Notes: generated from the sequence alone by a model not told the origin. DNA of 36,541 nt from Bacteroidota bacterium (GCA_017428585.1 JAFRQN010000311.1:1-36541); one strand, 5' to 3'; shown: positions 1 to 11,800, numbered from the stretch's first letter. Translations and numbers: made by a program.

Positions 1-896
1 CAATAGGAGTTGGAGGAGTTCCAAGAGGACGTATTATAGAAATTTATGGTCCAGAATCCTCTGGAAAGACAACTATTTGTCTACATGTTATCGCAGAAGC
101 TCAAAAGAAGGGAGGTATAGCTGCTTTTATTGATACCGAACATGCTTTAGATATTAACTATGCTCAAAGGTTAGGAATTAATTTGGATACTTTATTACTT
201 TCCCAACCAGAATTTGGCGAACAAGCCTTAGAAATAGTAGAAACTTTAGTTCGTAGTAATGGAATAGATGTCATTATAGTTGACTCTGTGGCAGCTCTTA
301 CACCACGTGCAGAAATAGAAGGCGAGATGGGAGATGCACAAATGGGTTCGCAAGCAAGATTAATGTCGCATGCTATGCGTAAATTAAATGCTGCAATAGG
401 AAAATCCAGAACAACTGTTATCTTTACCAATCAATTACGAAGCAAAATCGGAGTATTTTATGGAAGTCCTGAGACAACTACAGGTGGAAATGCTTTAAAG
501 TTTTATGCTTCAGTTAGAATGGATATACGTAGAAAAGATGCCATAAAGGAAGGAAACGAAACAATTGGAAATAGAGTTCGTGTTAAAATTGTAAAAAACA
601 AGGTTGCTCCTCCATTCAGAGAAGTTGAATTTGATATTATGTATAATGAAGGTATTTCAAAAATAGGAGATCTATTAGATATTGGAACTGAATATGGATT
701 AATTCAAAAAGGTGGTTCATGGTATACATACGGCGAAGAAAGAGTACAAGGACGTGATTCTTTAAAGAAAATTTTATTAGATAATCCAGAATTACTTGCT
801 AAATTAGAAGCAGATGTAAGAAAAATATTAAATGAAAGCCGCAGTTTTAATATAAATAAAAATACTAATCCTGCAAACACAACAAATCGTAATTAA
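1..896 (+). CDS. recA: Recombinase RecA, 5'-truncated by the window edge (frame starts at nt 3)
   Basis: Translation from nt 3 reads [24 protein letters not shown] (Walker A) and runs into tracked ORF 183..896, which contains [37 protein letters not shown], the canonical RecA core. Stop TAA at 894-896. Confidence 0.95.
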   Translation, partial: IGVGGVPRGRIIEIYGPESSGKTTICLHVIAEAQKKGGIAAFIDTEHALDINYAQRLGINLDTLLLSQPEFGEQALEIVETLVRSNGIDVIIVDSVAALTPRAEIEGEMGDAQMGSQARLMSHAMRKLNAAIGKSRTTVIFTNQLRSKIGVFYGSPETTTGGNALKFYASVRMDIRRKDAIKEGNETIGNRVRVKIVKNKVAPPFREVEFDIMYNEGISKIGDLLDIGTEYGLIQKGGSWYTYGEERVQGRDSLKKILLDNPELLAKLEADVRKILNESRSFNINKNTNPANTTNRN

Positions 897-929
897 TTTT
901 AGTTTTATAATTAATAAAAATATAATAAT

Positions 930-3374
930 ATGTCAAAAAAATCTATTATTTATGTATTATTTTTGTTTTTAGTTAGTGCTTTAACAGCACAAGCTGCAAA
1001 CAAAGATATTATTGTAACAGATCCGACTGGTGGTGCATTCCGTGGAATTATTGATACAAATAAAAACACAACACAATTTAATTTTTGTGAACCGAAGGTA
1101 AATGTTTATTCAGCTGATAAATATTTCGCACCATTATCTTTTAAAACAAAAAAGCAATTAACCTCACAATTATTAGGTAATTCTTTTAATGTTCTATCAA
1201 CATTGAGTAAAACAAATTTACTATTTCCTGCTGAATTTTTTGCATTAAAAGTAAATGCCAATTCTTCTACACTCCATTATTACAGCATCGATTATCAATT
1301 AGATAGTAAATGTAATCAAGCAATAAATATTGCACCAAAATGGATGCGTAATGATTTGCTCTTAAAATTCAGAGAATTAAGAAAAAAGAAATCAGGATAT
1401 GATGCAATATATGCTCAAATCATTCTTGATGCTGCAAAAGAAAATACAAAATATGTTGATGAAGTAGCTTTTTTAGTAGCTCATACTCCTATCGAAATAT
1501 TATCAAGATCTGATATTATAAGCAATAATGATATGAAAAATTATATTGCTGATGTAAAACACATTTACAATGTAGCAGATTCTTTAAAATATGTTCGTAT
1601 CGTAGAGCATGGAGATTATTCAACAGGAGATTATTATACAACAACAGAATATAGATATAAACCAAGTCCTTCTGCAAGTCCTGTTTGGGGAGCAATTCCT
1701 TATGAAATATATTATTGGTATGTTGTACATCCACAAATTTATCAAGAGTTAATACAATATACTGACAATCCTTCTTTTACAGAACAACGTACTTGGGGAT
1801 ATTCATGGCGTGAATTTTATTGGTCTAATCCAGATCCTGCTCATAATTATATGCCTGTAAATCAAAAAAATAAAATAGGAGAAGTTGTTTCAATACCAAG
1901 ACTTGGTGAATTAATGCAAAATCCTGAAATACTATTTGACAGAAAATATGATTTACTTCATTTTGGAAGAGCATTTAATGAAACTACAAATACAGCATTA
2001 GATGTACTTGGAAATTGGTGTTCTCGAGCAGTACCAGGCGATCCAAGTGATAACAATTACAGACCAATTGCTCCTAATCAAGTTTTAACACATCATAGAG
2101 GAAGATGTGGAGAAGATACTCAAGTTTTGGTTGCAGCAGCACGTACTTGTTTAATTCCTATTATTGCAAGAATAACTCATTGCGAAGATCACGTATTTGG
2201 CGCTGTTTATGACATAGATAGATGGCAGCATTTTGAATTTTTCCGTGGCGGCCTTGCACAAAGCGGATGGGGTTGGACACATTTAAGCAAATCAAGCACA
2301 TACGAAGAATTAGCTCCTGATTATTGGATAATATCTACAATAAATGGTATGCGTCCTGATGGTTATGCTTATAATCATACTTCTGTTAGTAATGATCCTT
2401 ATACAAAAACTTGTGAATTAGTATTTACAGTAAAAGATGCTAATGGTCGTCCTATTGATGGTGCTATGATAAATTTACATGGTGTTCCTTATTGGCGAGA
2501 TACTGTATTTAATAGTGTTCAATATACTTATTCTTTTAGCGCTTTCACTGATAAAAATGGTGTTGCACGTATAACAGCAGGTGATGGAAAAACTTATTTG
2601 TATAAAATTTATCATTCTGGATTTACTAATGGACAATATCCTAAAGATACTCTAAGTTTTAATATTGCTGTTGGAAAAGTTTACGCAGGAAAATTAATTG
2701 GAAAATCTGAAGCTGGAAAAGTTTATGAACAAAATATTGTTATATCTGATTATAAAATCCCTGATTATAACATAACAAAAAACAACTATATTGAATCAAC
2801 TAAATATGCTTTAGAAATAAATATGAAAGCAAATGACATACTTATGAGTCAAAATAATGGCAGAACATTTGCTTATTGGAATCCTGATAGTGCTGGATAT
2901 ATGAAATATTTCGTTGTTGACCAAAACAACTTCGATAAATTACAAAATGGTCAAGCATTTGAAGTATATTCAGAATTTAATTATCAAGATAATGGTACAA
3001 TACAAATACCTATTCCTAATAATACAACAGATTGGTTTGTTGTTTGCAGCAATAGATTATCAACAAGACAAGCTCAACTTGTAGAATTTGAAGCTAATTT
3101 AATTGAAGGCGACTTTAGTTATTCAAGCGTTGAATCAGAATTTGTTAAAAATTGTTCTTTCTATCCAAATCCATTTAATTCTTATTGTAAGATCTCTGTT
3201 CCTTCAGGAGCAAGTTTAGTAGAGATTATTGATATTAATGGAAATACATTATTCTCTACAACAGAAACAGAATTTAATTGGATACCAGATAATACAATTA
3301 ATCAAGGTGTATATTTTGTTAGAGCAAAAATAAATAACAGATACTACATAGATAAAATTATTTATAACAAATAA
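930..3374 (+). CDS. Secreted transglutaminase-like protein with a T9SS C-terminal sorting domain
   Basis: Signal peptide MSKKSIIYVLFLFLVSALTAQA. Transglutaminase-like Cys/His core GRCGEDTQVLVAAARTCLIPIIARI...EDHVFGAVYD (nt ~2090-2240). CarboxypepD_reg-like strand VFTVKDANGRPIDGAMINLHG. C-terminal Por_Secre_tail-like FYPNPFNSYCKISV...GVYFVRAKINNRYYIDKIIY. Confidence 0.7.
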   Translation: MSKKSIIYVLFLFLVSALTAQAANKDIIVTDPTGGAFRGIIDTNKNTTQFNFCEPKVNVYSADKYFAPLSFKTKKQLTSQLLGNSFNVLSTLSKTNLLFPAEFFALKVNANSSTLHYYSIDYQLDSKCNQAINIAPKWMRNDLLLKFRELRKKKSGYDAIYAQIILDAAKENTKYVDEVAFLVAHTPIEILSRSDIISNNDMKNYIADVKHIYNVADSLKYVRIVEHGDYSTGDYYTTTEYRYKPSPSASPVWGAIPYEIYYWYVVHPQIYQELIQYTDNPSFTEQRTWGYSWREFYWSNPDPAHNYMPVNQKNKIGEVVSIPRLGELMQNPEILFDRKYDLLHFGRAFNETTNTALDVLGNWCSRAVPGDPSDNNYRPIAPNQVLTHHRGRCGEDTQVLVAAARTCLIPIIARITHCEDHVFGAVYDIDRWQHFEFFRGGLAQSGWGWTHLSKSSTYEELAPDYWIISTINGMRPDGYAYNHTSVSNDPYTKTCELVFTVKDANGRPIDGAMINLHGVPYWRDTVFNSVQYTYSFSAFTDKNGVARITAGDGKTYLYKIYHSGFTNGQYPKDTLSFNIAVGKVYAGKLIGKSEAGKVYEQNIVISDYKIPDYNITKNNYIESTKYALEINMKANDILMSQNNGRTFAYWNPDSAGYMKYFVVDQNNFDKLQNGQAFEVYSEFNYQDNGTIQIPIPNNTTDWFVVCSNRLSTRQAQLVEFEANLIEGDFSYSSVESEFVKNCSFYPNPFNSYCKISVPSGASLVEIIDINGNTLFSTTETEFNWIPDNTINQGVYFVRAKINNRYYIDKIIYNK

Positions 3375-3384
3375 TTGAAAATAT

Positions 3385-3422
3385 AAAAAAAAAGACCTAA
3401 GTAAACTTAGGTCTTTTTTTTA
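3385..3422. terminator. Bidirectional intrinsic terminator between convergent genes
   Basis: A-run, stem agacctaag (3393-3401), loop taaa, stem cttaggtct (3406-3414), T-run. Lies between the stop at 3374 (+) and the stop at 3432 (-). Confidence 0.6.
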
Positions 3423-3431
3423 TTTATATGA

Positions 3432-5627
3432 TTAGAATATATTTATAGCAACCGTTAAACCTGCCATAACTATAGAAACCATACTCATTAATTTTATCAA
3501 TATATTAAGAGATGGACCAGAAGTATCTTTAAAAGGATCACCAACAGTATCTCCTACAACAGCTGCTTTATGTGCATCTGAACCTTTACCTCCAAAATTA
3601 CCTTCTTCTATGTATTTTTTCGCATTATCCCAAGCGCCACCTGTATTTGACATAAAGACAGCTAAAACAAATCCAGTTCCAAGACCACCTATTAATAATC
3701 CTATTACACTGGCAACACCTAAAAAAATGCTGACAAAGATAGGAACAATAATAGCCAATAAAGCAGGCAGTATCATTTCTCTTTGAGCGCCTTTTGTTGA
3801 AATCTCAATACATTTCTCATAATTAGGTTCTGCGTTACCTTCTAATATTCCTTTTATTTCTCTAAACTGTCTTCTAACTTCCTGCACCATATTTTCTGCC
3901 GTTCTACCGACTGCATTCATTGTTAATCCGCAAAATACAAAAGCAAGCATAGAACCTATAAAGATACCTGTTAAAACCATTGGATTCATTAGATTAACAT
4001 TATAATAATTCATCATATCATACATAGATGCTTCATGAATATTTATTTGTGTACCCATAAATTCAATTGTTTCCTCGCCTAATCTTAAAAGACCTATTTT
4101 TATTTCTTCAATATATGATGCTAATAAAGCCAATGCTGTAAGTGCAGCAGAACCAATAGCAAATCCTTTGCCAGTGGCAGCTGTTGTATTGCCTAATGCA
4201 TCTAATGCATCTGTCCTAACTCTCACTTCCTTATCTAATCCAGACATTTCTGCATTTCCTCCTGCATTATCAGCAATAGGTCCATAAGCATCTGTTGCTA
4301 ATGTAATGCCTAATGTAGACAACATACCAACAGCGGCAATACCAATGCCGTAAAGTCCCATTCCTATGTTTGAAATATTCCAATTAGATGCAAATAAGAA
4401 TGAAAATATAATACCTACAGCAACAGCAATTACAGGAATAGCCGTTGATAACATACCAGTTCCTATTCCAGATATAATAACCGTTGCAGGTCCTGTTTTT
4501 GTGGATTCTGCTATTTTTTGTGTTGGTCGATAAGATTGAGAAGTATAATATTCTGTCGTTTTTCCTATTATAATTCCTATTAATAATCCAACTACAACAG
4601 AAAATGACAACCCAAGATAATTTTCAATATTAAGAAAATATAATATCAAAAAAGAAGAAACAGCAATTAAAACTGCTGCAAAATGTATTCCTCTATTTAA
4701 GGCTTTTAATAATTGTTTTATTTCTGCTTTATCATTTTTTGTTTTTACAAGGAAAATACCTATTATAGATAATAAAATACCAATTGACGCAATAAGCATA
4801 GGTGCTATAACAGCCTTGTACTGCATCTCACATCCAAATATAGAAAATGCAGAAGCTCCTAAAGCTGCTGTTGCTAAAATAGAACCACAATAAGATTCAT
4901 ATAAATCTGCTCCCATACCTGCCACATCACCAACATTATCACCAACATTATCTGCTATAGTTGCTGGATTTCGTGGATCATCTTCTGGAATACTATTTTC
5001 TACTTTACCAACCAAATCTGCACCAACATCGGCTGCTTTAGTATAAATACCTCCTCCTACTCTTGCAAATAATGCTTGTGTAGAAGCTCCCATTCCAAAT
5101 GTTAGCATTGTAGTTGTAACTACAATCAATTTTTGTGTACCTGTAACATCATTTACAAAACTATTTAATATTATATACCAAATAGAAATATCTAATAATC
5201 CTAATCCTACAACAGTCAGTCCCATAACTGCACCACTTCTAAAAGCAACTTTTAAACCTGAATTTAAGGATCGAGTTGCTGCATTTGCAGTACGAGCTGA
5301 TGCTAATGTTGCAGTCTTCATACCAATAAATCCTGCTAATCCAGAAAAGAAACCGCCTGTTAAAAATGCAAAAGGCACCCATTCATTTTGAACGCCAAAT
5401 CCATAAGCCATTATTGAAAATAAAATAGTAAGACAAATAAAAACAATCAATACTATTTTGTATTGCTGTTTTAAATATGACATTGCTCCTCTACGTACAT
5501 AAGAAGCTATTTGCATCATTTTGTCTGTTCCTTCACTTTCTTTTAACATCTGTCTAAAGAAGAAGAAAGCTGCCAATAGAGCCAATATTGCTGCTAATGG
5601 AATAAAATAAAATACGAAAGAAATCAT
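3432..5627 (-). CDS. hppA: Membrane-bound cation-translocating pyrophosphatase (M-PPase), K+-dependent signature
   Basis: Hallmark motifs GDNVGDNVGDVAGMGADLYESY, GPIADNAGGNAEM, GNTTAATGKGFAIGSAAL and DTVGDPFKDTSGPSLNILIKLM. Polytopic hydrophobic profile, 731 aa. Confidence 0.93.
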   Translation of the reverse strand: MISFVFYFIPLAAILALLAAFFFFRQMLKESEGTDKMMQIASYVRRGAMSYLKQQYKIVLIVFICLTILFSIMAYGFGVQNEWVPFAFLTGGFFSGLAGFIGMKTATLASARTANAATRSLNSGLKVAFRSGAVMGLTVVGLGLLDISIWYIILNSFVNDVTGTQKLIVVTTTMLTFGMGASTQALFARVGGGIYTKAADVGADLVGKVENSIPEDDPRNPATIADNVGDNVGDVAGMGADLYESYCGSILATAALGASAFSIFGCEMQYKAVIAPMLIASIGILLSIIGIFLVKTKNDKAEIKQLLKALNRGIHFAAVLIAVSSFLILYFLNIENYLGLSFSVVVGLLIGIIIGKTTEYYTSQSYRPTQKIAESTKTGPATVIISGIGTGMLSTAIPVIAVAVGIIFSFLFASNWNISNIGMGLYGIGIAAVGMLSTLGITLATDAYGPIADNAGGNAEMSGLDKEVRVRTDALDALGNTTAATGKGFAIGSAALTALALLASYIEEIKIGLLRLGEETIEFMGTQINIHEASMYDMMNYYNVNLMNPMVLTGIFIGSMLAFVFCGLTMNAVGRTAENMVQEVRRQFREIKGILEGNAEPNYEKCIEISTKGAQREMILPALLAIIVPIFVSIFLGVASVIGLLIGGLGTGFVLAVFMSNTGGAWDNAKKYIEEGNFGGKGSDAHKAAVVGDTVGDPFKDTSGPSLNILIKLMSMVSIVMAGLTVAINIF

Positions 5628-5863
5628 AATTTTATGAAATTAAATATGTTTATATAATTAGTTATTATACAATTTTAATCTATTGTCTAATATTATAATA
5701 CGATATTTTTATTATTTATTAACATAATTTTTACTTTTTATAGCATTTAAATATAAAATAATTAATAAAAAAGTTAATTTATACTTTATAATGAACAAAA
5801 ACTATTAGTTCTTCTAATTTATAAACAGACAAATTATATTATTGTTTTTTTATAAATTATTGT

Positions 5864-5871
5864 TAATTTTG
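5864..5871 (+). promoter_or_regulatory. Candidate Bacteroidetes-type -7 box TAATTTTG upstream of asnS
   Basis: TAnnTTTG match at 5864-5871, 25 nt upstream of the ATG at 5896. A partial -33 element (aTTG, 5841-5844) lies 19 nt upstream. Confidence 0.3.
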
Positions 5872-5895
5872 TAAAATGAATAAAAAGTTTATTAA

Positions 5896-7260
5896 ATGGG
5901 ATTTTTAATTATGTCACCGTATAAATCATTTAGATATATAGAAAACTTAGCTGACTTTGTTGGTCAGGAAGTAACTTTACGTGGTTGGGTACAAAACAAA
6001 ACTGGTAAAGGGAAATTACAATTTATCATTTTGAGAGATGGTACTGGAATATGCCAATGTGTTATTTTTAAAAATAATGTAAGCGAGGAATTGTTTGCTG
6101 ATGCAAAAACATTAACTCAAGAATCTGCTATAGAAATAACAGGAACTATTAGAGCTGAGGAACGTGCACCAGGTGGTTATGAAATGGATGTAACGGGACT
6201 AAAAATACACAGTATTTCAAAAGATTATCCTATTACTCCAAAAGAACATGGAGATGCTTTTTTAATAGAACACAGACATTTATGGCTGCGTTCATCAAGA
6301 CAGCATGCTATAATGCGTGTTCGTGCTGCAATAGTAAAAGCTATTAGAGATTTCTTTGATGGCAATGGATTTAAGTTAATGGATTCTCCTATACTTACTC
6401 CAAATGCTTGTGAAGGTACAACAACTTTATTCGAAACAAAATATTTTGATTTAGGCAGTGCATATCTTTCACAATCTGGTCAATTATATGCAGAAGCATC
6501 TGCATTAGCAATGGGACGTGTATATACTTTTGGTCCTGTATTCCGTGCAGAACGTTCTAAAACACGCAAGCACTTAACAGAATTTTGGATTGTAGAACCA
6601 GAAATGGCTTTCTTTGATCTTAATGATGATATGGATCTTGCTGAAGATTTAGTTGAATATATTGTTCAATATTGCTTGAAACATTGTCAAACTGAATTAA
6701 AACTTCTTGAAAGAAATATTGAAAACTTAGAAAAGATAAAAAGACCATTCTATAGAATGAGTTATTCTAATGCTGTTGATTGGCTTGTTGAAAATAAAAT
6801 TCCTTTAAAAAAGAAAATCGATGGAAAAGATGTTGATATTCTTCCATTCCCTTGGGGTGAAGATTTTGGAGCAGTACAAGAAGAAGCAATAATGGAACAA
6901 TTCGATAAACCTTGTATTATTCATAGATATCCAGCTGAAGTAAAAGCATTCTATATGAAACGTGATCCAGAAGATTCAAAAGTTGTATTGGCTATGGATA
7001 TGTTGGGTCCAGAAAAAGCAGGCGAAATTATTGGCGGCAGTCAAAGAGAAGATAATATTGACTTATTGACAGAAAGAATCAAAAAAGATAATCTACCAAT
7101 GGATGAATTCCAATGGTATTTAGATCTAAGAAGATTTGGTTCTGTTCCTCACAGCGGCTTTGGATTAGGATTAGAAAGAGTGGTAAAATGGATAACAGGT
7201 GCTTCACACATTAGAGAAGTTATCCCGTTCCCAAGAATGATATATCGTATAGTTCCTTAA
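5896..7260 (+). CDS. asnS: Asparagine--tRNA ligase (class IIb; alternative start ATG at 5911)
   Basis: Class II motif 2 FRAERSKTRKHLTEFWIVEPEMAF, the GGSQRE signature, and motif 3 GFGLGLERVVKWITG. N-terminal OB fold (VTLRGWVQNKTGKGKLQFIILRDGTG). The E-P-E context and GGSQRE favour AsnRS over archaeal-type AspRS. Confidence 0.82.
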   Translation: MGFLIMSPYKSFRYIENLADFVGQEVTLRGWVQNKTGKGKLQFIILRDGTGICQCVIFKNNVSEELFADAKTLTQESAIEITGTIRAEERAPGGYEMDVTGLKIHSISKDYPITPKEHGDAFLIEHRHLWLRSSRQHAIMRVRAAIVKAIRDFFDGNGFKLMDSPILTPNACEGTTTLFETKYFDLGSAYLSQSGQLYAEASALAMGRVYTFGPVFRAERSKTRKHLTEFWIVEPEMAFFDLNDDMDLAEDLVEYIVQYCLKHCQTELKLLERNIENLEKIKRPFYRMSYSNAVDWLVENKIPLKKKIDGKDVDILPFPWGEDFGAVQEEAIMEQFDKPCIIHRYPAEVKAFYMKRDPEDSKVVLAMDMLGPEKAGEIIGGSQREDNIDLLTERIKKDNLPMDEFQWYLDLRRFGSVPHSGFGLGLERVVKWITGASHIREVIPFPRMIYRIVP

Positions 7261-7314
7261 TATTTAATTGAAATCTTTTTATATTATATATTTTTAATAA
7301 AAATTAATAAAATT

Positions 7315-8796
7315 ATGACAAAATTCAAAAATTACATTGATGGTAAATGGGTAGATGCTGTTTCAGGAAAGACTTTTAAGAATATTTCTCCAGCAAACCA
7401 AAATGATATAATAGGTGAATTTGCCTTATCAGATAAAGAAGATGTTGAATTAGCAGTAGCTGCTGCAAAGAAAGCATACGAAAAATGGAGATTAGTTCCA
7501 GCTCCAAAACGTGGTGAAATTATGCGTAAAGTGGGTGATATCTTTACAAGACGTAAACAAGAACTTGCAAAGATAATGACAAGAGAAATGGGAAAACCTA
7601 CTTTTGAAACTGCTGGTGATGTTCAAGAAGCTATCGATACAGCATATTATGCTTCATCAGAAACAAGACGTCTTTTTGGTACTACTGTTCCAAGTGAAAT
7701 GGACAACAAGATTAATCTTGCTTTCCGTACTCCTATTGGTGTTGTAGGCGTTATTACAGCATGGAATTTCCCTATAGCAGTACCATCATGGAAGATTTTA
7801 CCTGCTATTGCAGCTGGTAATACTGTTGTATTTAAGCCATCAAAAGATGCTCCTCATTCAGGTGTTATTTTTGCAGAAATAATGGAAGAAGCTGGTGTTC
7901 CTGCTGGTGTGTTTAATGTTCTTTTAGGCAAAGGTTCTATGGGTGAACAAATTGTACGCCATCCTGATGTAAAGGTTATTGGCTTTACAGGTTCAACAGA
8001 AATTGGCTGCCAGCTTGCAGAAATTTGCGGTAAATTAAATAAGAGAATATCACTTGAAATGGGTGGTAAGAATGCACAAATCGTAATGAATGATGCTAAT
8101 TTAGATTTAGCTCTCGATGGTGTACTCTGGGGTGCTTTTGGTACTACAGGACAAAGATGTACAGCAACTTCTCGTTTAATTTTACATAAAGATATCTATG
8201 ACAAATTTATCGATATGTTAAAAGAAAGAGTTGTTAAATTAAGAATTGGCGACGGATTAGATCCAAAAACAGAAATGGGACCTGTTATCCACATGCAATC
8301 ACTTGAAAATTGTGAAAGAATCGTAAAAGTTGCTCTTAAAGAAGGCGGTCGATTAATTTGCGGTGGTAAACGTGTTGCTGATCCTGCATTAAAAGATGGT
8401 TGTTTCTTTGAACCAACTATTATAGCAGATGTAAACGAAAACCATACATTATTCAATGAAGAAGTATTTGGTCCAGTTTTATGTGTTGCTAAAGCAGATT
8501 CTTTTGAACATGCAATTGCACTTCATAATCATTGTGAATATGGATTATCAGGCTCTATCTATACAAAGAATGTAAATTGGGCTTGGGAAGCTACTCGCGA
8601 CATGGAAGTAGGTATTTGTTATGTTAATTCTCCTACAATTGGTGCAGAAGCTAATATGCCGTTTGGCGGTATCAAAGGTACAGGCAATGGAAATCGTGAA
8701 GGCGGTTGGACTGCTTTTGATATCTTTACAGAATGGAAGACTGTTTATTTTGATTATTCAGATAAATTACAAAGAGCTCAAATAGACAATCACTAA
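7315..8796 (+). CDS. NAD(P)+-dependent aldehyde dehydrogenase family protein
   Basis: ALDH motifs VVFKPS, FTGSTEIG, LEMGGKNA, catalytic Cys context GQRCTATSR, and EEVFGPV. Length 493 aa. Confidence 0.9.
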   Translation: MTKFKNYIDGKWVDAVSGKTFKNISPANQNDIIGEFALSDKEDVELAVAAAKKAYEKWRLVPAPKRGEIMRKVGDIFTRRKQELAKIMTREMGKPTFETAGDVQEAIDTAYYASSETRRLFGTTVPSEMDNKINLAFRTPIGVVGVITAWNFPIAVPSWKILPAIAAGNTVVFKPSKDAPHSGVIFAEIMEEAGVPAGVFNVLLGKGSMGEQIVRHPDVKVIGFTGSTEIGCQLAEICGKLNKRISLEMGGKNAQIVMNDANLDLALDGVLWGAFGTTGQRCTATSRLILHKDIYDKFIDMLKERVVKLRIGDGLDPKTEMGPVIHMQSLENCERIVKVALKEGGRLICGGKRVADPALKDGCFFEPTIIADVNENHTLFNEEVFGPVLCVAKADSFEHAIALHNHCEYGLSGSIYTKNVNWAWEATRDMEVGICYVNSPTIGAEANMPFGGIKGTGNGNREGGWTAFDIFTEWKTVYFDYSDKLQRAQIDNH

Positions 8797-8817
8797 TTGT
8801 TATAATAACATAAAGTA

Positions 8818-8852
8818 TAAAAAAAAGAGACTGAAAAGTCTCTTTTTTTTAT
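8818..8852. terminator. Bidirectional intrinsic terminator between convergent genes
   Basis: A-run, stem aagagact (8825-8832), loop gaaa, stem agtctctt (8837-8844), T-run. Lies between the stops at 8796 (+) and 8873 (-). Confidence 0.6.
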
Positions 8853-8872
8853 ATATTTTTTATTTATACAGC

Positions 8873-11800
8873 TTAGTTAGATTTAACAAATTTAAACCAT
8901 TTATCTTTATCATTATTTGATATACAAACTGAATAAGTTCCAGTATTAAGATTTGATACATCAACAGTTACTGTATTATTTGAAAGCAGTTTGTCCTGCT
9001 TCAAAACTATATTTCCATTTAGATCATAAATCTTTATTGAAACTAATCCAAAGTCTTCTATTGATTCAAAAGATATTATATCTTCACTTGGATTTGGATA
9101 AATCATAATTGAATTATTTATATCTTTTTGTGCTATACTTGTAAATCCATCCAATACAAAAGAATATACAAGTCTTTTTCCAAAATCAGGATTAAATGTC
9201 TTTAATTTTTGACCTTCACTATCAACAATAGAAATAGCACCATTGCCTTGTTGAGTAACCATCCAGGAAGACAACCCATAATAATATCTTTCATCTGTTA
9301 CCTCTAATCTATAGCATCCGTTAGGCAAATCTGTTAAATTAAAGGTATATATTTTATTATTTGTATTTGCAGGAAGTGTTTTAACTAATTCATTTCTAAA
9401 ATCATAAATTTTTAATGAATAATCACTTGCACGAAGATTGCTTGTATATTTTATTTGAAAATCTGATTTGTTGTAAATATCTGGAATTTTGAAAATAGCT
9501 TTTCCTTGATTATTAGATAAATTTTCATCACCTTGATTATTAAGTGTAATAACTATTTCATTTTCATTGTTATTTCCTGTCCAGAATTTAGCATCATTTA
9601 ACATAATAGTTATAGTATCCAATGATCGAGGAGCGATACTTTTTTCTACAAAATGAGTTTCTTCTTCCACGCCATTTTTTAATACAACTTCAAAATTTTC
9701 AATTGCTTCATCAGAATTATTGCGTACAATAAAATTGACACCATTACAAATAGGATTTAATTTGCTGTAAATATCCTCTGTAGAAGGTGTAATTATTTTA
9801 TACAATTCTAAATCATTTTTATATTTAGCTTTGCCGTATTCCACTAAATGGAATGTTGCAACGTATGAACCTGTACCAATTTCTGGATATTTGCCTAAAC
9901 TATCAGAACTAATTTCGTAATTAAGAGCTATTTTGCGATCATCAGAAATATATTGTGTTAAATCAACTTCATAGTCATTTACTATATCACCAGGACACCA
10001 ACCTTCACGATTCAACATCCAAGTACCTCCCTGAGGCCATACTGGATTATCTGTACAATGTCTCCATATTTTCCATTCACCTGCTAAATCAAAATCATCA
10101 GGAGTTGGACCTGCATATATGTAATGTGTATTATCTAAAAATTCACAGCATTGAGATGGATGTGATGTATTTGGAACCATACCATGTCCAGTTAATCTAA
10201 CTTTTAATTTTATTGTTTCTGTTTCTGGCAGTAAACTTACAACAGCATCGCCTACATCTTCATCTTTTGCCAATCTGTTATAGCTATAGCTTTTACATGG
10301 TCCCCATGGTTCAGATATTCTTAATATATCTCTTAATGGCTCGCCTTTTATAAATAAAAATTTTAAATCTATTAATTCTTGATTATTATGAGCTTCTAAT
10401 TCTATTTCGCCTCTTAGATCATTCATATAATCCGTTACATCATATTCCCATTCAAATCCATTCTCGCCTAAAGATAAATTGATACCGTATGGAGTAATAA
10501 AACGTCCAATTTCATATTCAACTTTTTTAGGATAATGTTTTGTTTCATACTCAAACAATTTATCATCTACTACATATTCCTCAAAAGATCCTTCAGTCTC
10601 AACGGAATCTATCTTTTCAAGATTTGAATCATATATATATATTTGTTTCCCATATTTATGATCTATTCTTTCTACCTTAGGGTAGTTTCCATCTCCGTTG
10701 AAATATACTATGGTTGCAGGAGCCTGTTTGCGAAGTCTTTTTATAGCTTCTTCTTTTTTAGAATATTGGAAATCACCAGTATGTAAAACTATATTAGGAA
10801 TAAAATTAGTTTGTGTTGTTAAATTAGGTCCTGTTCTTGTATCGTATAATTCTGCTCGTCCAATAATATTAGCGTTAGATTTTATTACACCATGATTTTG
10901 AAGATAGAACGCACCTGCTTCATCGTCATTTAAATCAAGATTTATCAATAAATTTGATGATAAAGGATTATCTAATGAAATATCTTTTGAATACAAATCT
11001 ACAATTTGTTCTTCCTTTAAGTTTGTATTCCATACTCGTATTTTAGAAAAATCGCCATTTGTATTAGATGTTATATTTGTATCTGATAAATATTCTCCTT
11101 GACCTATTGCAAAATCAACTGGCAAATCATCTATAAAGCGAGGCATATATATAGTTACCCAATATTGATGATATTCCAATGCAGCAGGTTTTGAATTAAT
11201 AAATAATTTCAATACATCTTTACAAGTCTCACCATTACCATTATAAACAACTGCTATATGAGTCCATTCGTTTAGATGGATTGGTGAATTATTAGTAAAT
11301 GCATTTAACGAATGTTCGCCTTTTAAACCAATAGACATTGACATTGCGTTATCAGCATTAGGAGTATTCGCTGATATAACAACCTTATCGCCTAATCTAA
11401 AAATAACGCCTGCATCACGAAGTCTTACCCAGCCTTCAAAAGTAAAATGCTGACCGCCAGAAATAGATGGCAGATTTGTTGTATTAATCCAAGCATCATC
11501 ACCATTTAATCTAATATAATTAGAATTAGCTATTGTTATTGCAACATTTTTTGATGATGTTGTACCTCTAAAAACATTTTTTGATCCTTTAGTTGGAATA
11601 TATGATACATCAACAATAAGATTAGATGAACCATCATAAACAAAATCCTTTTCAAAGTCTAATGTTAATGTTTTTCCATCTTGACAATCTTCTTTGGTAA
11701 CAAATGTTTGATATACAACATCTTGATATTCTAAATTTTCATTATATGCTAATATTTGTTGTGTTAGCTTTTTAACAGGTGCAATTCTTATTCTTACATG

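Noticed and set aside
164-430. 88-aa minus-strand ORF overlapping recA
   Set aside because: It is antisense to the RecA core and has no features.
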